From positions 4,880-68,879 of the forward strand of contig JALVSY010000007.1 of NCBI GenBank assembly GCA_027036135.1: a stretch of 64,000 bases of DNA. The letters run 5' to 3'. The notes below the pieces were generated by a model. The model made no database searches. It worked only from the letters and a program-made list of their open reading frames with translations, and was not told where the DNA came from. This stretch comes from Pyrodictiaceae archaeon. Lineage in GTDB: Archaea; Thermoproteota; Thermoprotei_A; Sulfolobales; Pyrodictiaceae. Every line of letters begins with the position of its first letter. Within the stretch, counting starts at the first letter, position 1. The translations under genes and the position numbers were made by a program. Positions 20,013-30,987 of the stretch are shown in pieces.

Positions 20013-20105
20013 AGCCTTCTCGCCTACCCTGTGGATAAAGCGTCCTAGGGGAGACAGAGCCTCGTGCTAGTCAATATCGGTACCGGAGCCCAGGGTACAG
20101 GGCTC

Positions 20106-21392
20106 TTACTTGGTGGATTCCCTGGGAGTGCTTAGTGTGTCCTGGTTGTCTTCTTTGCTTAGTTTTTCCCTGGCCCGGGCTACTAGGTCGCTTATGTCCC
20201 ATACTTGTAGCCATGTCTCTGGCACAATGGTTTTATCCGGTACTATGAGGATTTTCTCCGCCTCTGGGAACCTCGCTAGCTTAGCCTCTATCCTCTTCAC
20301 ATCGCTCGTGCTTAGCCTGTTTACCCACTTGACCTCGGCGACTACCCGGAGGGACCGGTACTCGACAAGCGCTACGTCTATCTCAGGGCTCTCTATCCTT
20401 ACTGGCCTGAGCCCATAGTACTCTGAGAGGAAGCGCTCAACGAATCTCTCAACGAGCCTCGGTATCAGCGTCTGTAATGCTTTCTCGATGTAGCCCCATG
20501 GTAGCGGTGCCTCGCCGAACCCGTAGCGGGCCTCCAGGTAGTATATTGTCTCCGTGAGCGGCGAGACGTGGCGGTATATGCTCCTGCGCTTCTTCCCAAG
20601 GGTCTCTATGCGCTCCAGGAGCCCGGTCTCAACCATGGCCTTGACGTACTTTGTTATGAGGGACGTGGCTGGCTTCTCGAGCAAGCCCCGGGAGTACAGG
20701 TAGCTGGCTATCTCTGTGAGCTTCGTCTTCCCAGCCGCTATAGCCTCGAGTACTGCGTCGAAGCGCCTCGTATAGGTATAGTCCTCCTCGTCCAATACCT
20801 CGCCGACCAGGGTGTGTGCAAGCTCCCTGCCATATAGTACTATGTCGCGTATACCTCTCCCTATTAGGACGGGCTCCTGGTAATAGACGAGGTGCTCTAC
20901 TAGCTCCCTGCCCTCCAGTCCCCAGCCCCGGGTCGCTAACAGCTCCAAGGGGGAGAGGAGCCCAACTCTCTCGCTGAGGAAGAGCCCGGTGAGAGGAGCC
21001 TCTGGGCCCTCCACGAAGACGCGGTAATAATGGAGAGTAGAGGTTATGAAGACAAGGTTCTCGCCACAAACGCCTGCCTGGACCGCGTCGAAGAGACGGG
21101 GATTAGCCCGGTGAAACTCGTCAAGGATAACCCTATCAGTGTGCCTACATACGCGGATAAAGGCACTAGTGTCAAGCTCTTCGTCGTTTACCGGGTCATA
21201 TATTGTTCCGCCCTTGCGCACAATGAAGTACTCGTAGTTCCCCAATACGTGCCTAGCATAGAATGTCTTCCCAGTCTTCCTCCGGCCATAGAGGAGGCGC
21301 CGACCACTAGTTAGGAGGAAGCGTCGGAGACTAGGCCTCTCAACAATGATACTCACAGTATCATACCCAGAGTATGATTCTGTAAAACTCAT
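20106..21392 (-). CDS. Archaeal AAA ATPase-wHTH-PD-(D/E)XK protein
   Basis: YGRRKTGKT, ILDEFH and EIDV...AEVKW. Confidence 0.88.
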   Translation of the reverse strand: MSFTESYSGYDTVSIIVERPSLRRFLLTSGRRLLYGRRKTGKTFYARHVLGNYEYFIVRKGGTIYDPVNDEELDTSAFIRVCRHTDRVILDEFHRANPRLFDAVQAGVCGENLVFITSTLHYYRVFVEGPEAPLTGLFLSERVGLLSPLELLATRGWGLEGRELVEHLVYYQEPVLIGRGIRDIVLYGRELAHTLVGEVLDEEDYTYTRRFDAVLEAIAAGKTKLTEIASYLYSRGLLEKPATSLITKYVKAMVETGLLERIETLGKKRRSIYRHVSPLTETIYYLEARYGFGEAPLPWGYIEKALQTLIPRLVERFVERFLSEYYGLRPVRIESPEIDVALVEYRSLRVVAEVKWVNRLSTSDVKRIEAKLARFPEAEKILIVPDKTIVPETWLQVWDISDLVARAREKLSKEDNQDTLSTPRESTK

Positions 21393-21439
21393 CCTCTTTT
21401 AGTCCTTATCGCCTAAGACGAGCTAAGAACGACTCAAGA

Positions 21440-21766
21440 CTAGTCAAGGGCACCTAGACGCTCATCGCTACTCTCTAGTAGTTTTTTGAAGAATTCTGGG
21501 CTGAGGCATATCCTGAACTCTCTGGTACGGCATAGCCTTTTGACTATGAAACGCTCCTCGTCGATAACAGCCCTATCCTCTATTAGGCCAACGTTCCGGA
21601 GTATCTTTAGGTGAGCTAGTAGCAGGGGCTTCGAGATCCCCAGGGCCTCTCTGAGTTCTCGCCTAGTCATCTCCTTCTCTGCACAAAGGGCTAGTATCTT
21701 TAGCCTTGTTGGATGAGCCATGGCGCTAAGTATTTTAGAGAGCCGCGTCCATACATCGTCGCCCAA
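21440..21766 (-). CDS. ArsR-family regulator
   Basis: AMAHPTRLKIL...HLKILRNVGLI. Confidence 0.9.
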   Translation of the reverse strand: MGDDVWTRLSKILSAMAHPTRLKILALCAEKEMTRRELREALGISKPLLLAHLKILRNVGLIEDRAVIDEERFIVKRLCRTREFRICLSPEFFKKLLESSDERLGALD

Positions 21767-21816
21767 GGGCTATGCACCACGCTGGCGCGGCAAGCTCATG
21801 TAGCTAGTAGAGCTGG

Positions 21817-22062
21817 TTACTCGTGAAGCTCTTTGCGAAGATTCTCTATCTCTTTGCGTAGCAGCCTTATCTCGTCAAGAAGCTCCCTCATAGTGGCCTC
21901 AAGCTTCTCGTCCCGTGGTGCAGTTGTATAGCTGCTCCCCGTACCTATGTCTCTCATAATGTACCTGGCCACAACTATTATGCTGGCCACGACGAGCCCG
22001 ACGAGAATCAGCCAGAATATCCAGCCAAGTATATCGATCGCACCTGGTGGGGGCGGAGGCAC
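21817..22062 (-). CDS. Single-TM coiled-coil small protein
   Basis: One TM helix plus heptad tail; upstream of the ArsR gene. Confidence 0.65.
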   Translation of the reverse strand: MPPPPPGAIDILGWIFWLILVGLVVASIIVVARYIMRDIGTGSSYTTAPRDEKLEATMRELLDEIRLLRKEIENLRKELHE

Positions 22063-22527
22063 CTAGGCGTCACCTCGCAGAAATACACATAGACTAGGCT
22101 GGGTCAACTCCTGCTACACCAGGTAAAAAAATTGCTTACCCCACCTTAATACACCTTATGCATAACTATCTGGGAGCACAGCTCAATTAGGCTAATAGGG
22201 CCTTCTCGCATCAACACAATGCAGTCCTACAAGATTACTTAGGTCGCTGAAAGCATGTCGTATGTAGGTGAACCAGTCTCGGTTAAGCCATCAAGAGGCA
22301 AGTATAACTAGCCATGCCGCCAAGGCCACCAAGGGGCCAAGGAGCAAAAGGGTCTTAGTAAGCCTATGAAAAGGGAAGCCATATCGTTCTCCGTGTCCCA
22401 GTAGCGCTAGCAAAGGAGCTATTAGGGTAGCGACGAGCCAAAGAACCGAGGCATCGCTAGCGTTCTCTAGTAGTTAGGATATACTACTTAGCTAGGAAGC
22501 CCGAGAAATACCTAGAGGTGCTTACGT

Positions 22528-22872
22528 GTGGCCCAGGGTTCTTATGTAGAGGTGTTGCCGGGAGTTGGTTCCCGGCTAGTCCATTGCGACGAGCACATCG
22601 TTGTCATAGAGACGAGGCTAGAGCCAGGAGCACGGGTGCCCAGGCATAGCCACGAGGGTTTGCAGATTAGCTTCTGTGTAAGGGGGAGAATGGAGCTAGT
22701 AATCGGTGACGAGAAGGTAGTGATGACTCCCGGGAGCTACCGAGTCATACCACCCAGGATAGAGCATGAGGCCAGAGCATTAGAGGAAACAGTTGTCGTT
22801 GATATCAACTCTCCTCTCACCGAGGATAGGAAGGAGCTCGTAGAGAGGCTCGGAGGGTATAGAACCCGGTAA
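22528..22872 (+). CDS. Cupin domain protein
   Basis: PRHSH...G.MEL.IG...IP..IEH motif. Confidence 0.9.
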   Translation: MAQGSYVEVLPGVGSRLVHCDEHIVVIETRLEPGARVPRHSHEGLQISFCVRGRMELVIGDEKVVMTPGSYRVIPPRIEHEARALEETVVVDINSPLTEDRKELVERLGGYRTR

Positions 22873-22876
22873 AGCA

Positions 22877-23560
22877 TTGTCCTCAGTGCTTACTGGCCTA
22901 GCCCGGGGTGTAGCGGGCATAGTGAGCTGGTTTGGCGAGGATGCTTGGACGAGGCTCTGTCGGCGCTATGGGCTAAAATACCTGGTTCTATTCGGTAGCC
23001 GTGCTAGTGGTAAGACTGATAGGCTAAGTGACTGGGACTTTGCTGCCCGCTTCGGGAGGAGACCCGGTATTAAGAGAGATTATTGACCTATTAGCGGATA
23101 TCATGGATCTCGTCGGGGATGACCGAGTAGACCTCGTTGTCCTAGACCGCCCCGGGCTGCCACCAGCTTTGCTCCATGAGGTGCTGTGGCGAGGCAAGCC
23201 TCTCTGCATACTTGATAGAGATGCTTATCTCTGGGACAAGGTAAGAGCCCTAGCCCTTTACTAAGAGTACTTGGTGGTTTTCCGTCCAGGGCTCGAGGCA
23301 ATGTTCATAATAGTTAGCCAGGGCTGGGAGGAACCAAGCAGCTACAAGGAGATTGCACGCATACTAGAAGCGCACGACGTCTTAGCACCGGGATGAGGCG
23401 AGGCTTCTAAGCGGGCTCGCTGGGCTAAGGAGCATTATTGTATATATGTATGCTGAGATAGACTATGAGGAGTTGGCTAGTATCCTTGGCTTATTGGATA
23501 GTGTTGAGGCTCTTATGTCACGGCTACCGGGCTTTATAGAGGAGAGGGGATTAGATCCCT
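22877..23560 (+). pseudogene. Frameshifted MNT plus truncated HEPN (DUF86)
   Basis: LFGSRASG...SDWDF / VDLVVL split across frames; downstream remnants PSSYKEI and AGLRSIIVYMYAEID. Confidence 0.8.
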
Positions 23561-24260
23561 AGATGATTCCGGCCTCGTGTAGCACGTAGACGCCTATCGC
23601 GATGAGCAGTAGCCCCGCTATGAGGCTTAGCTCCGGAGCATACCTCGCTACGAGCTCCTGTACCCTCCTCGCCCGGTACGCGGCTGCTATTGAGAGCCCT
23701 ATCGCTAGCAGTGGCGAGACGAAGACAACGTTGTAGACAAGTAGATACGGCAGGATCGCTGCAAGGGAGGCTACGCCGCTTGCCCTGGCTGCAACGATGA
23801 ATGCTAAGAGGGGCCCACTACTACAGGGTAGCAACGTGAACGATGCAAGCAACCCGAGGAGCGCTGCAGCCACTATGCTACCAGCTGCCCGGGTTGCGGG
23901 GCTTGCTAGCCTCCCACCCGGCCTCGCGAGTGGTAGCCTCTTGCCCCTCTTCTCGGCCACGGCCTCGGCCACGTTGTAGGCACCGAACACTATTGCTACC
24001 AGGCCTAAGAGCCAGAGGGGCAACACGAGCGCTGAGAACGCGATCCCAAGCCCTATCACTAGGTAGCCAAAATAGACGGCCAGGGTGAAGGAGAGAGCAG
24101 TAGCCATTATCTTCCTCGGGCTCTTGTAGCGAATAGACGTGGCGAGCAATAACACGGCATAGACGTAGAAGGTGCAGGGATTAATGCTGTCCAGGGCAGC
24201 GTAGCCGACGAGCTGGCCAAGGAGACCAGTACCGACCACTGCACCGCCCTCGTAAACCAC
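23559..24260 (-). CDS. CcdA/DsbD-like membrane disulfide transfer protein
   Basis: DSINPC and LPCSSGP cysteines; 6 TM. Confidence 0.85.
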   Translation of the reverse strand: MVYEGGAVVGTGLLGQLVGYAALDSINPCTFYVYAVLLLATSIRYKSPRKIMATALSFTLAVYFGYLVIGLGIAFSALVLPLWLLGLVAIVFGAYNVAEAVAEKRGKRLPLARPGGRLASPATRAAGSIVAAALLGLLASFTLLPCSSGPLLAFIVAARASGVASLAAILPYLLVYNVVFVSPLLAIGLSIAAAYRARRVQELVARYAPELSLIAGLLLIAIGVYVLHEAGII

Positions 24261-24276
24261 TTAATACACTATAGGC

Positions 24277-24873
24277 CTAGCCTATGGGCTTGGAGTACGC
24301 CAGGGTGGTATTGCATAGTTCCGTGGCCAGGGCCCTGTCTATCCCTATCTCTTTGTAAAGACTTCCCGCGATATACACGGGTACCTTGCCAGCCGCGACC
24401 GGCCTCATACTCGCTAGCTTGGTGCTCCACCACTCGCTCTTCTCCAGCTCACCTACCTCGATGAAGCCTACCCTGTTGCCCCGGCAAGCAACTATTGTAG
24501 GCACGCCCTCGGTAGCTCCAAGTCTATACAGCTCCTGGAATGTTTCTAGGCAGACTTTGTCCAGTACCGAGCAGAAGAACGTCTTCACGCCAGTCTCGGC
24601 GCTATACCTCTTGAAGAACCTCTCCATGGCTCTGCAATGCGGGCAACGGGGATCACCAAGCATCACTATATATGTGCCCGGCGGTATGCTTGCTTTACTA
24701 GCAACACTAGTAGTACTGGTTACGGTGGATGCTCCCAGCTCATTACCTGATGCGCTAGATCCTGTGCTGCTCCCGGCAATGTGGTGGCGAGCCTGTAGAG
24801 CAATAGCAACAAGTACTGCAGCGATAACTACTAATACAATAATCAGTATACTGGGCAGAGCCCTCAACGACAC
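24277..24873 (-). CDS. Membrane-anchored thioredoxin-fold protein
   Basis: TM anchor, S/T linker, CPHC and GVPT. Confidence 0.82.
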   Translation of the reverse strand: MSLRALPSILIIVLVVIAAVLVAIALQARHHIAGSSTGSSASGNELGASTVTSTTSVASKASIPPGTYIVMLGDPRCPHCRAMERFFKRYSAETGVKTFFCSVLDKVCLETFQELYRLGATEGVPTIVACRGNRVGFIEVGELEKSEWWSTKLASMRPVAAGKVPVYIAGSLYKEIGIDRALATELCNTTLAYSKPIG

Positions 24874-25097
24874 TCCACCACAATATAGTAGGTATCCTCC
24901 TCGTATCCTCGCTCGACTACGCGGACAGGAGCGGTCTTCTCAAGAGTCTCGGCAACCTCGTCAAGAACACTACTAGCGTTCTTCGCAGCCACTATTTTGA
25001 GTCTCCCTCCTGGCTTGAGCTTATCTATCTCGGCTAGCACGTAGAGAGTATAATCGCCGCAAGCAGACGCTATCTTTCGGAGATCGTACACCTTCAT
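24864..25097 (-). CDS. TusA/SirA-like sulfur carrier
   Basis: YDLRxxxxxC...LKPGGRLKIV; 77 aa. Confidence 0.75.
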   Translation of the reverse strand: MKVYDLRKIASACGDYTLYVLAEIDKLKPGGRLKIVAAKNASSVLDEVAETLEKTAPVRVVERGYEEDTYYIVVECR

Positions 25098-25205
25098 ACC
25101 GTGAGCACCTCCTTTCCTAGAGAGCCCAGTTATGTTCCCTCTAGCCAGTGTGGTATAATATTTTGCCCAATAAGCAATAGATACGCAGAAAAATAACCCA
25201 TAGGG

Positions 25206-25856
25206 CTACTCCGTCCACGCCCGCAGAGCCTCATCAACACTATTAGGGGCATAGAGCTTCACACGGCCACTCGGAGCCATGAATGCGGGCACACGGTCAC
25301 TCGGAATACCGTACCCCTGCCCGATAGCCTCCTCGGCATCAACAACCCATAGCTCTGCTTCCTCGCAGTGAAGGACTATCGGCAAGGAGTAATATAGAGC
25401 CTTTGTACAGGGAAGCCCCGGGACAACATAGAGGACGACCCTGCCCCGTGGACACCTAGCCGGGGCGCTTGGGCTCCAGGCGTCACTGGCAGCGGCTAGG
25501 GAGAGATAGAACGGCGACAACAAGATATCGGAGGGCACAGCGTAGAACACGAGCCTGCCACCAAGCCTACCCAGAACCTCTACCCGTGGCTCCGGGAGCT
25601 TCCACGCCCACTCCTCGACAACCCTCTTCTCCAGCTCAACTGGGTACCCCTTGACCAGTCTCTCTAAGCGCCTTAGCCCCTCCTCGGAGAAAACAGAGTC
25701 CCGTAACACTGTAGCGACTAGGCAAATCCGCTCCCTTGCCCGTGATAAGAGGCCACGGGCCTCGCGTATAGTCGGTAACCCACTAGCTTCTAGGACCGAG
25801 TCCAGGAGCGCTTCTCTCAAAAATCTCGAATCAAACACTATTATCCCTAGTATCAC
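25206..25856 (-). CDS. Hypothetical protein, degenerate thioredoxin-like C-domain
   Basis: LYVVPGLPC...VVDAE...RVPAF. Confidence 0.6.
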   Translation of the reverse strand: MILGIIVFDSRFLREALLDSVLEASGLPTIREARGLLSRARERICLVATVLRDSVFSEEGLRRLERLVKGYPVELEKRVVEEWAWKLPEPRVEVLGRLGGRLVFYAVPSDILLSPFYLSLAAASDAWSPSAPARCPRGRVVLYVVPGLPCTKALYYSLPIVLHCEEAELWVVDAEEAIGQGYGIPSDRVPAFMAPSGRVKLYAPNSVDEALRAWTE

Positions 25857-26106
25857 GAGTAAAGAGAGGCCTCCTCTTAAGCACTAATCCATACAGGGAC
25901 GAGACTCTCCGAGCACGCCTAGGGCGAAGAACTAGCTGAAAGGAAGAGGCCAGCATGAAGAACTGTACGGGCACCCAAAGGAGAGAGGGACCGCGGCTCA
26001 TCCAAGCCCGCCTATACGCGGCGGAGCCCCGCGGCACCCCGTGTTATCCAGAGAGTTCTCCGAGAGGCTTTGCATAAGCCCTTGCCGTCATCGCGTAGCG
26101 TTGTAC

Positions 26107-27069
26107 CTAGGTTGTTTGCATTCTTCCCCGCTGGTAGAGCTCTACAAGCTTCCCAACATCCTCTTTGCTGAGTAGCGGCTTCTCGGCGGCCTCTACTAGC
26201 TCGCGTAGCTTACTAGGGCTACGAGCAGCTATCTCGACGCTGTCAACGGGTATACTCGAGTATATGAAGCGCAGGGCTAGCTGCGCCAATGTGTTCTCCT
26301 CGAGGAGGTGGGATAGCTCCTCCCGGAGCATCGGCTCCATGAACTTGTATAGTGCCAGCGCGCTGCGATACCAGCCCCTCATCCTCTTACCACCAGCATA
26401 GTATGGCTCCATCTCCTCCCAGCTACTAGGCGTCTCACCCAACAACAAGCCCCCGGCATGCGGGAGAGCCACTACTATGCCGCGGCCACGCTCCCTAGCC
26501 TCACGAGCAATAGTCGCGCCCGGTTCTTGCTCCAACACGTTATAGACAAAGCGGAGCACAGCCACCTCCTCGTGCCTCATAGCGGTCCTAGCAGCCTGGA
26601 GCGCGTCAAGGTCCTGGCTAATAGCGACACCGATGTAGCTCGCCAACTCGTCCTCTACCAGGCTCCTAGCAGCCTCGTATAACGCGGGGCTCCTCAGAGT
26701 CTCGAGGCCCGGGTCATGGAGAAACACTATATCGACTGGACACTTGCCGAGAACACTGCAAGCCTCCTCAACGCTCTCCGCGAGGAACTCCGGCGAGAAG
26801 CTCTGGCCACCGCCACGCCTATACCCGACAAGCACACCTATAACGGCGTCCTCTATACTCTTCCCAAGCCCCTCGCGGAGAGCCTCCAGGGCCTCCCTCC
26901 CATAAATAGGCGCTGTTATGAAGAAGTTTATGCCAGCGCTCCACGCCTCCCCAACAAGCTTGGCTAGGTCGCGCTTAGAGAGACCCTCATAGGGGCCATG
27001 GAGCCCATAAACACTATAAGCTACCACTGATACCTTTAGCTCTGTACCGCCAAGCCTAGTATACTTCAC
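26107..27069 (-). CDS. Aldo/keto reductase family protein
   Basis: MKYTRLGGTELKVS, GINFFxTAxxYG, DIVFLH, YNVLEQ and AQLALRF. Confidence 0.9.
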   Translation of the reverse strand: MKYTRLGGTELKVSVVAYSVYGLHGPYEGLSKRDLAKLVGEAWSAGINFFITAPIYGREALEALREGLGKSIEDAVIGVLVGYRRGGGQSFSPEFLAESVEEACSVLGKCPVDIVFLHDPGLETLRSPALYEAARSLVEDELASYIGVAISQDLDALQAARTAMRHEEVAVLRFVYNVLEQEPGATIAREARERGRGIVVALPHAGGLLLGETPSSWEEMEPYYAGGKRMRGWYRSALALYKFMEPMLREELSHLLEENTLAQLALRFIYSSIPVDSVEIAARSPSKLRELVEAAEKPLLSKEDVGKLVELYQRGRMQTT

Positions 27070-27318
27070 GATAGCTCCCTAGTGCTAGTCATTGCTCTGG
27101 TAAGTATTAAACATATTCTTCTTATACTATATTCTTCAAATTAGAGACTTACATAACAAGTAGTGGAAACAAAACTCCACGAAGAGGCAAGTAATTAATC
27201 AGATCCACGACGCAATTCACCGGGTATAGCTTCTATAACCTCTCTAGAAATAAGAAATATACCAGAGATACAGCGGTACATCTTTAGACCACTCGTCCAG
27301 TGGAGGTTAGGGAGCGTC

Positions 27319-27807
27319 ATGCATCCCTTATTTGCAGAAATCATACTACTTGGTGTAGCAATAGCAATCGCGATAGCGGTAGCGGGGTACGTTATAACAG
27401 CAACACACAGTATTATGGAGACTAATCCGGTGCGAATGCTAAGCATAGGAGAGGACAGTAACCTAGTAATATGCAATAATAGTACTAATTGGAGCGCAGT
27501 ACTATACTTCCCGTTCATAGAGAAGGGCACAGCCTCAATAAAGCTCTATAAGGTCGAGTTCGAGAACCTAGGCTCCTTTAGCATAAAGTACTATAATGTA
27601 ACTAGTATATCGCCTGATCCCTCCAGGGTATGCAGTATGAGGCCAAGAACAGGAGACGGAGTATTATTAAAGCCGGGAGACCGGGGCTACCTCCTTATAT
27701 ATGTGCCCAAGACCATCCAGATACCGAGCGGGATCCCGTTCTACATGAACGTCATACTATACAGTGATAGCGGTGAGCTATACCTCACAACACCCGTTAT
27801 CCGATAA
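27319..27807 (+). CDS. Archaeal type IV pilin-like protein
   Basis: xxPLFAEIILLGVAIAIA N-terminal helix, LKPGD motif and N-glycosylation sequons. Confidence 0.6.
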   Translation: MHPLFAEIILLGVAIAIAIAVAGYVITATHSIMETNPVRMLSIGEDSNLVICNNSTNWSAVLYFPFIEKGTASIKLYKVEFENLGSFSIKYYNVTSISPDPSRVCSMRPRTGDGVLLKPGDRGYLLIYVPKTIQIPSGIPFYMNVILYSDSGELYLTTPVIR

Positions 27808-28115
27808 GGTGTGCAGGGGAGGCATTCAGCGGGTTTATAGCCGCGTTAAGAGAGGGTTAAGTGTACCGGGGTCTGGATAAGCCCTAACTACTTATATAGA
27901 GGACTCCTGGCGGTACTTTTAGCAGTGAGTAAGTCCCTGACTCAGTAGCGTTGCCCTATTTGGGGACCTCGGTGTATTTTTATAAGCCTTTTAGTCTCTC
28001 TTCCAAGCTATGGACTAGGAACTGAGTGGCTACATGAGCTAAGTACTCTAGTGGATGAGGGGCTACCGCGTGAAAAAGGCCGCTCGGTAATGAGAGGCTC
28101 GAGAACATAGCTAGT

Positions 28116-28496
28116 ATGGTTTGCAAGGAGTTTGGCTACCTCTGCTTCAGCGAGGAAAAGATGGGAGACGCGTTGCCCCTCGTAGCCTCGGAGCTCGCTA
28201 TACTCGAGACCTATGACTTCCTAAGCAGAGCCCAGGGTGATAGAAAGGACAAGGGTTATGAGCTTGTCCTCGCCTGCCTCGAGGACGATAAATGCCTAGA
28301 GACTCTCCTCGACACAGTGAATAGCGCTGTAGATATATACCTAAACGGTGAGGACTACTTCTTTAGCCTCGATAAAGAAGAATTAGAGAGGGCAATAAGG
28401 GTAGCTGAGACCGTGGCCTCTATAATAGAGAAGGAGACCAGTCAAGCAAGGAGGGACAAGGAGAGCCACAGTGCTAGCAAGGAGACCCCCAGCTAG
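28116..28496 (+). CDS. Acidic hypothetical protein, paralog of 45507-45896
   Basis: Shared VCxExGxLC, ELAxxETYxF and CLExDxCL motifs. Confidence 0.75.
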   Translation: MVCKEFGYLCFSEEKMGDALPLVASELAILETYDFLSRAQGDRKDKGYELVLACLEDDKCLETLLDTVNSAVDIYLNGEDYFFSLDKEELERAIRVAETVASIIEKETSQARRDKESHSASKETPS

Positions 28497-28584
28497 TTCT
28501 CCCGGGGGCTCGAAGAATACTGGGATAAAAGTGTAGAACCCTCGGCTAAACAACCAGGTATTCTCCGTGGCTCGGTAGTGGGGG

Positions 28585-29118
28585 GTGCTGGTTGTCTCCA
28601 TGGGTTTTGAGCGGTATGCTTGGCTAGTGGTGCTAGTTTCCCTCGCTGTAGCGGTTGCCTCCTTTAGTATCTACTTCTACTTGGAGAAGCACAGTGGCGA
28701 CATAGGCTATCCCTCTCAGCTACCTGGTGGCTATAAGCCCGTTAGCGTTATTCGGGGAGAAGAGGCTGTCGCTGCTACGCGTGGGCTTCACTGGAACCCC
28801 TCTGATATACCGGTTATACGGGCAGTCATAGTAACCTATGCTGATGGTACTCGGCTCTGGGCTAGCCGTGTAAGCGGTGACGCGTGCAGCGTCTTGGCTA
28901 GGATGGTTAGTGCTATGAGGATGCATGAGGCCGAGCTGCCCTACACAGCCCCCATAGAACACAGCGTTGATGGAGTAACTGTTTACTTCTCGATGGATAA
29001 GCGCACCGGAGGCCTCCACGCCCTGTGGTGCAGCCATGGCCTAGTCATATGGGTTCAGCTAGGAGCCTCGGGTCTACGCGGCTTAGAGACGATAATAGAG
29101 TACTATAAGAGCAGGTAA
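28585..29118 (+). CDS. Membrane-anchored hypothetical protein
   Basis: N-terminal TM followed by a globular domain. Confidence 0.7.
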   Translation: MLVVSMGFERYAWLVVLVSLAVAVASFSIYFYLEKHSGDIGYPSQLPGGYKPVSVIRGEEAVAATRGLHWNPSDIPVIRAVIVTYADGTRLWASRVSGDACSVLARMVSAMRMHEAELPYTAPIEHSVDGVTVYFSMDKRTGGLHALWCSHGLVIWVQLGASGLRGLETIIEYYKSR

Positions 29119-29156
29119 CGCTCTCTATGTTTCTCTAGAGACTTTTGTGAGGCACC

Positions 29157-30131
29157 TTGGCCGTGCCTAGTAGAGATGCAGCACTACTAGTACTAGGCAT
29201 TGTTATCGGGTTCTTCCTGGGCTTCTTAGCTGCAAGGCTCAGTGCCCATAACGGCTCAGCGGCTTCAGGTAATCATAGTGTAGAGAACTCGATTGTTTCG
29301 CGTATCCAGGGCCTCATAGAGGTAACGCCGATTGTGCGCGACAAAGCGCTCAGTATTCTCCGTGAAATGTCTACTAGGCACAGCGTAGTAGCCAACGTCT
29401 CCGATACAGCTAGCCTGGGCGAGCCCTACTGTGTACCCGTCAGCCTGTACCGGGGTTAACCAGTACCGCCTCCTCGTTAGCTCTAATGCCTCGCTAGATC
29501 TCTACCTCCGCGGCAAGGGGGCTGAGAGGCTCCTAGCCACGCTCACCAAGAGCTACGAGAAACGGCTCAGTGTGCCCCGTAGCGGCGCTTACGAGGTCTG
29601 CGCAGAGCCCCAGACCCCAGCGCGTATCAGAATATTGGTGGAGGCTTGGCCGCCCCGCAACATAACCAATGACCCCGTGTTCAAGGCCTTGGCACTAGCT
29701 CTGTGGAGCGCCGAGAACCTCCACTACGTGAGCGACCCATGGGCCTAGACTATGTCGCGCCGCCCGAGGAGACCCTTAGGACTCTCAGCGGGGACTGTGA
29801 CGACTTCGCAGTACTGCTCACAAGCATGTATATCAGCGTAGGGCTCAGGGCAGCAGTAGCGCTAATAGATACTAATAACGACGGGGTAGCGGATCACGCA
29901 GCAACACTCGTCGAGGTGCCCCTTGGCAAGAGGGAGCTAGGAGAAAGGATACCAGCAGTACTACAATTCCTAGGCGCGAGCTACGACGGATACACCTCAG
30001 CAACAATGGCAACACCACCTGGCTATAATAGACCCAGCAATGGCCTGCAAGGCAAAGAACCATGGCTAGTAACGAAACCCAGCTACAAAATAGTGTATAT
30101 AGTAGAGCCGCGAGCCGCTTTACGTAGCTAG
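29157..30131 (+). pseudogene. Transglutaminase-like cysteine protease, frameshifted
   Basis: Signal anchor, YVSDP and GDCDDFAVLL...HA lie in three successive frames. Confidence 0.75.
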
Positions 30132-30987
30132 TACTCCCCTCTAACGATACATCTTTGAAATCCCTATTCCATAGTTGAAAGTGACTTGAGCGGGAAAATC
30201 AGGTTATCGGTTTGGACACATTGGTCCCCAGTTACTATGTATATTCATCCTACGTGTGCAACGAGCCATCATGTCGTGAAGCACTTAGCCTCCAAGAGCT
30301 ACTAGATAGAGTAGAGATAGTATCAACGCATAGCCTAATGGGTTCTAGTATGCTAGATAGGCGTATCTTGAGCGTCCCATAAACTAAGTACTGGGAAAAC
30401 TCTGAGAAGCCTTAGGCATAGAATAACCCGGAGACTCATTCGCCGAGGCATAGGCGATGCATCAAGGTGATGTACTAGACGGGGGCTAAGCCCCCCGTTG
30501 CACGGAGCAAGGTGATGAAAACCCTGGATACTGACTAGGCTATTTGCTGTTTTGACCGTTCGTGGCTCATTCGTGCCTAGGATTTCCCCGAGCTTCTCAC
30601 GCCGTATCTGCTACGCGTTCACTGTCCTGGGTATATATGTGGATCTCGTCTTCTTCCTAGTCCTTGGTTTTTATGTGGCTCCCATCGCGGAATGGATGCT
30701 TCTTGCTTAGGCCGCGGGTGCATATCGTTGCAACTGTTATGCCTCTTCGGTTCTTTTCCTCGGTGTACTATTATTATCCGAGCTAAGGCTATTTAACACC
30801 AGTTAAACAATGTGACTAGTTTCCTAGGGACTTATTTCCTTAGCGCTCATTCATCCCTCATAGATGGCATGTTTGTGATAAATTTGTTTCACTAAGAATA
30901 ATGCGTTTAAAACATCACATGTTGCGAGACCCGCTCTGCTTAAATCAAGGCAACTTAAACAAGCGTTAAATCTAGGGGGATGGATCC

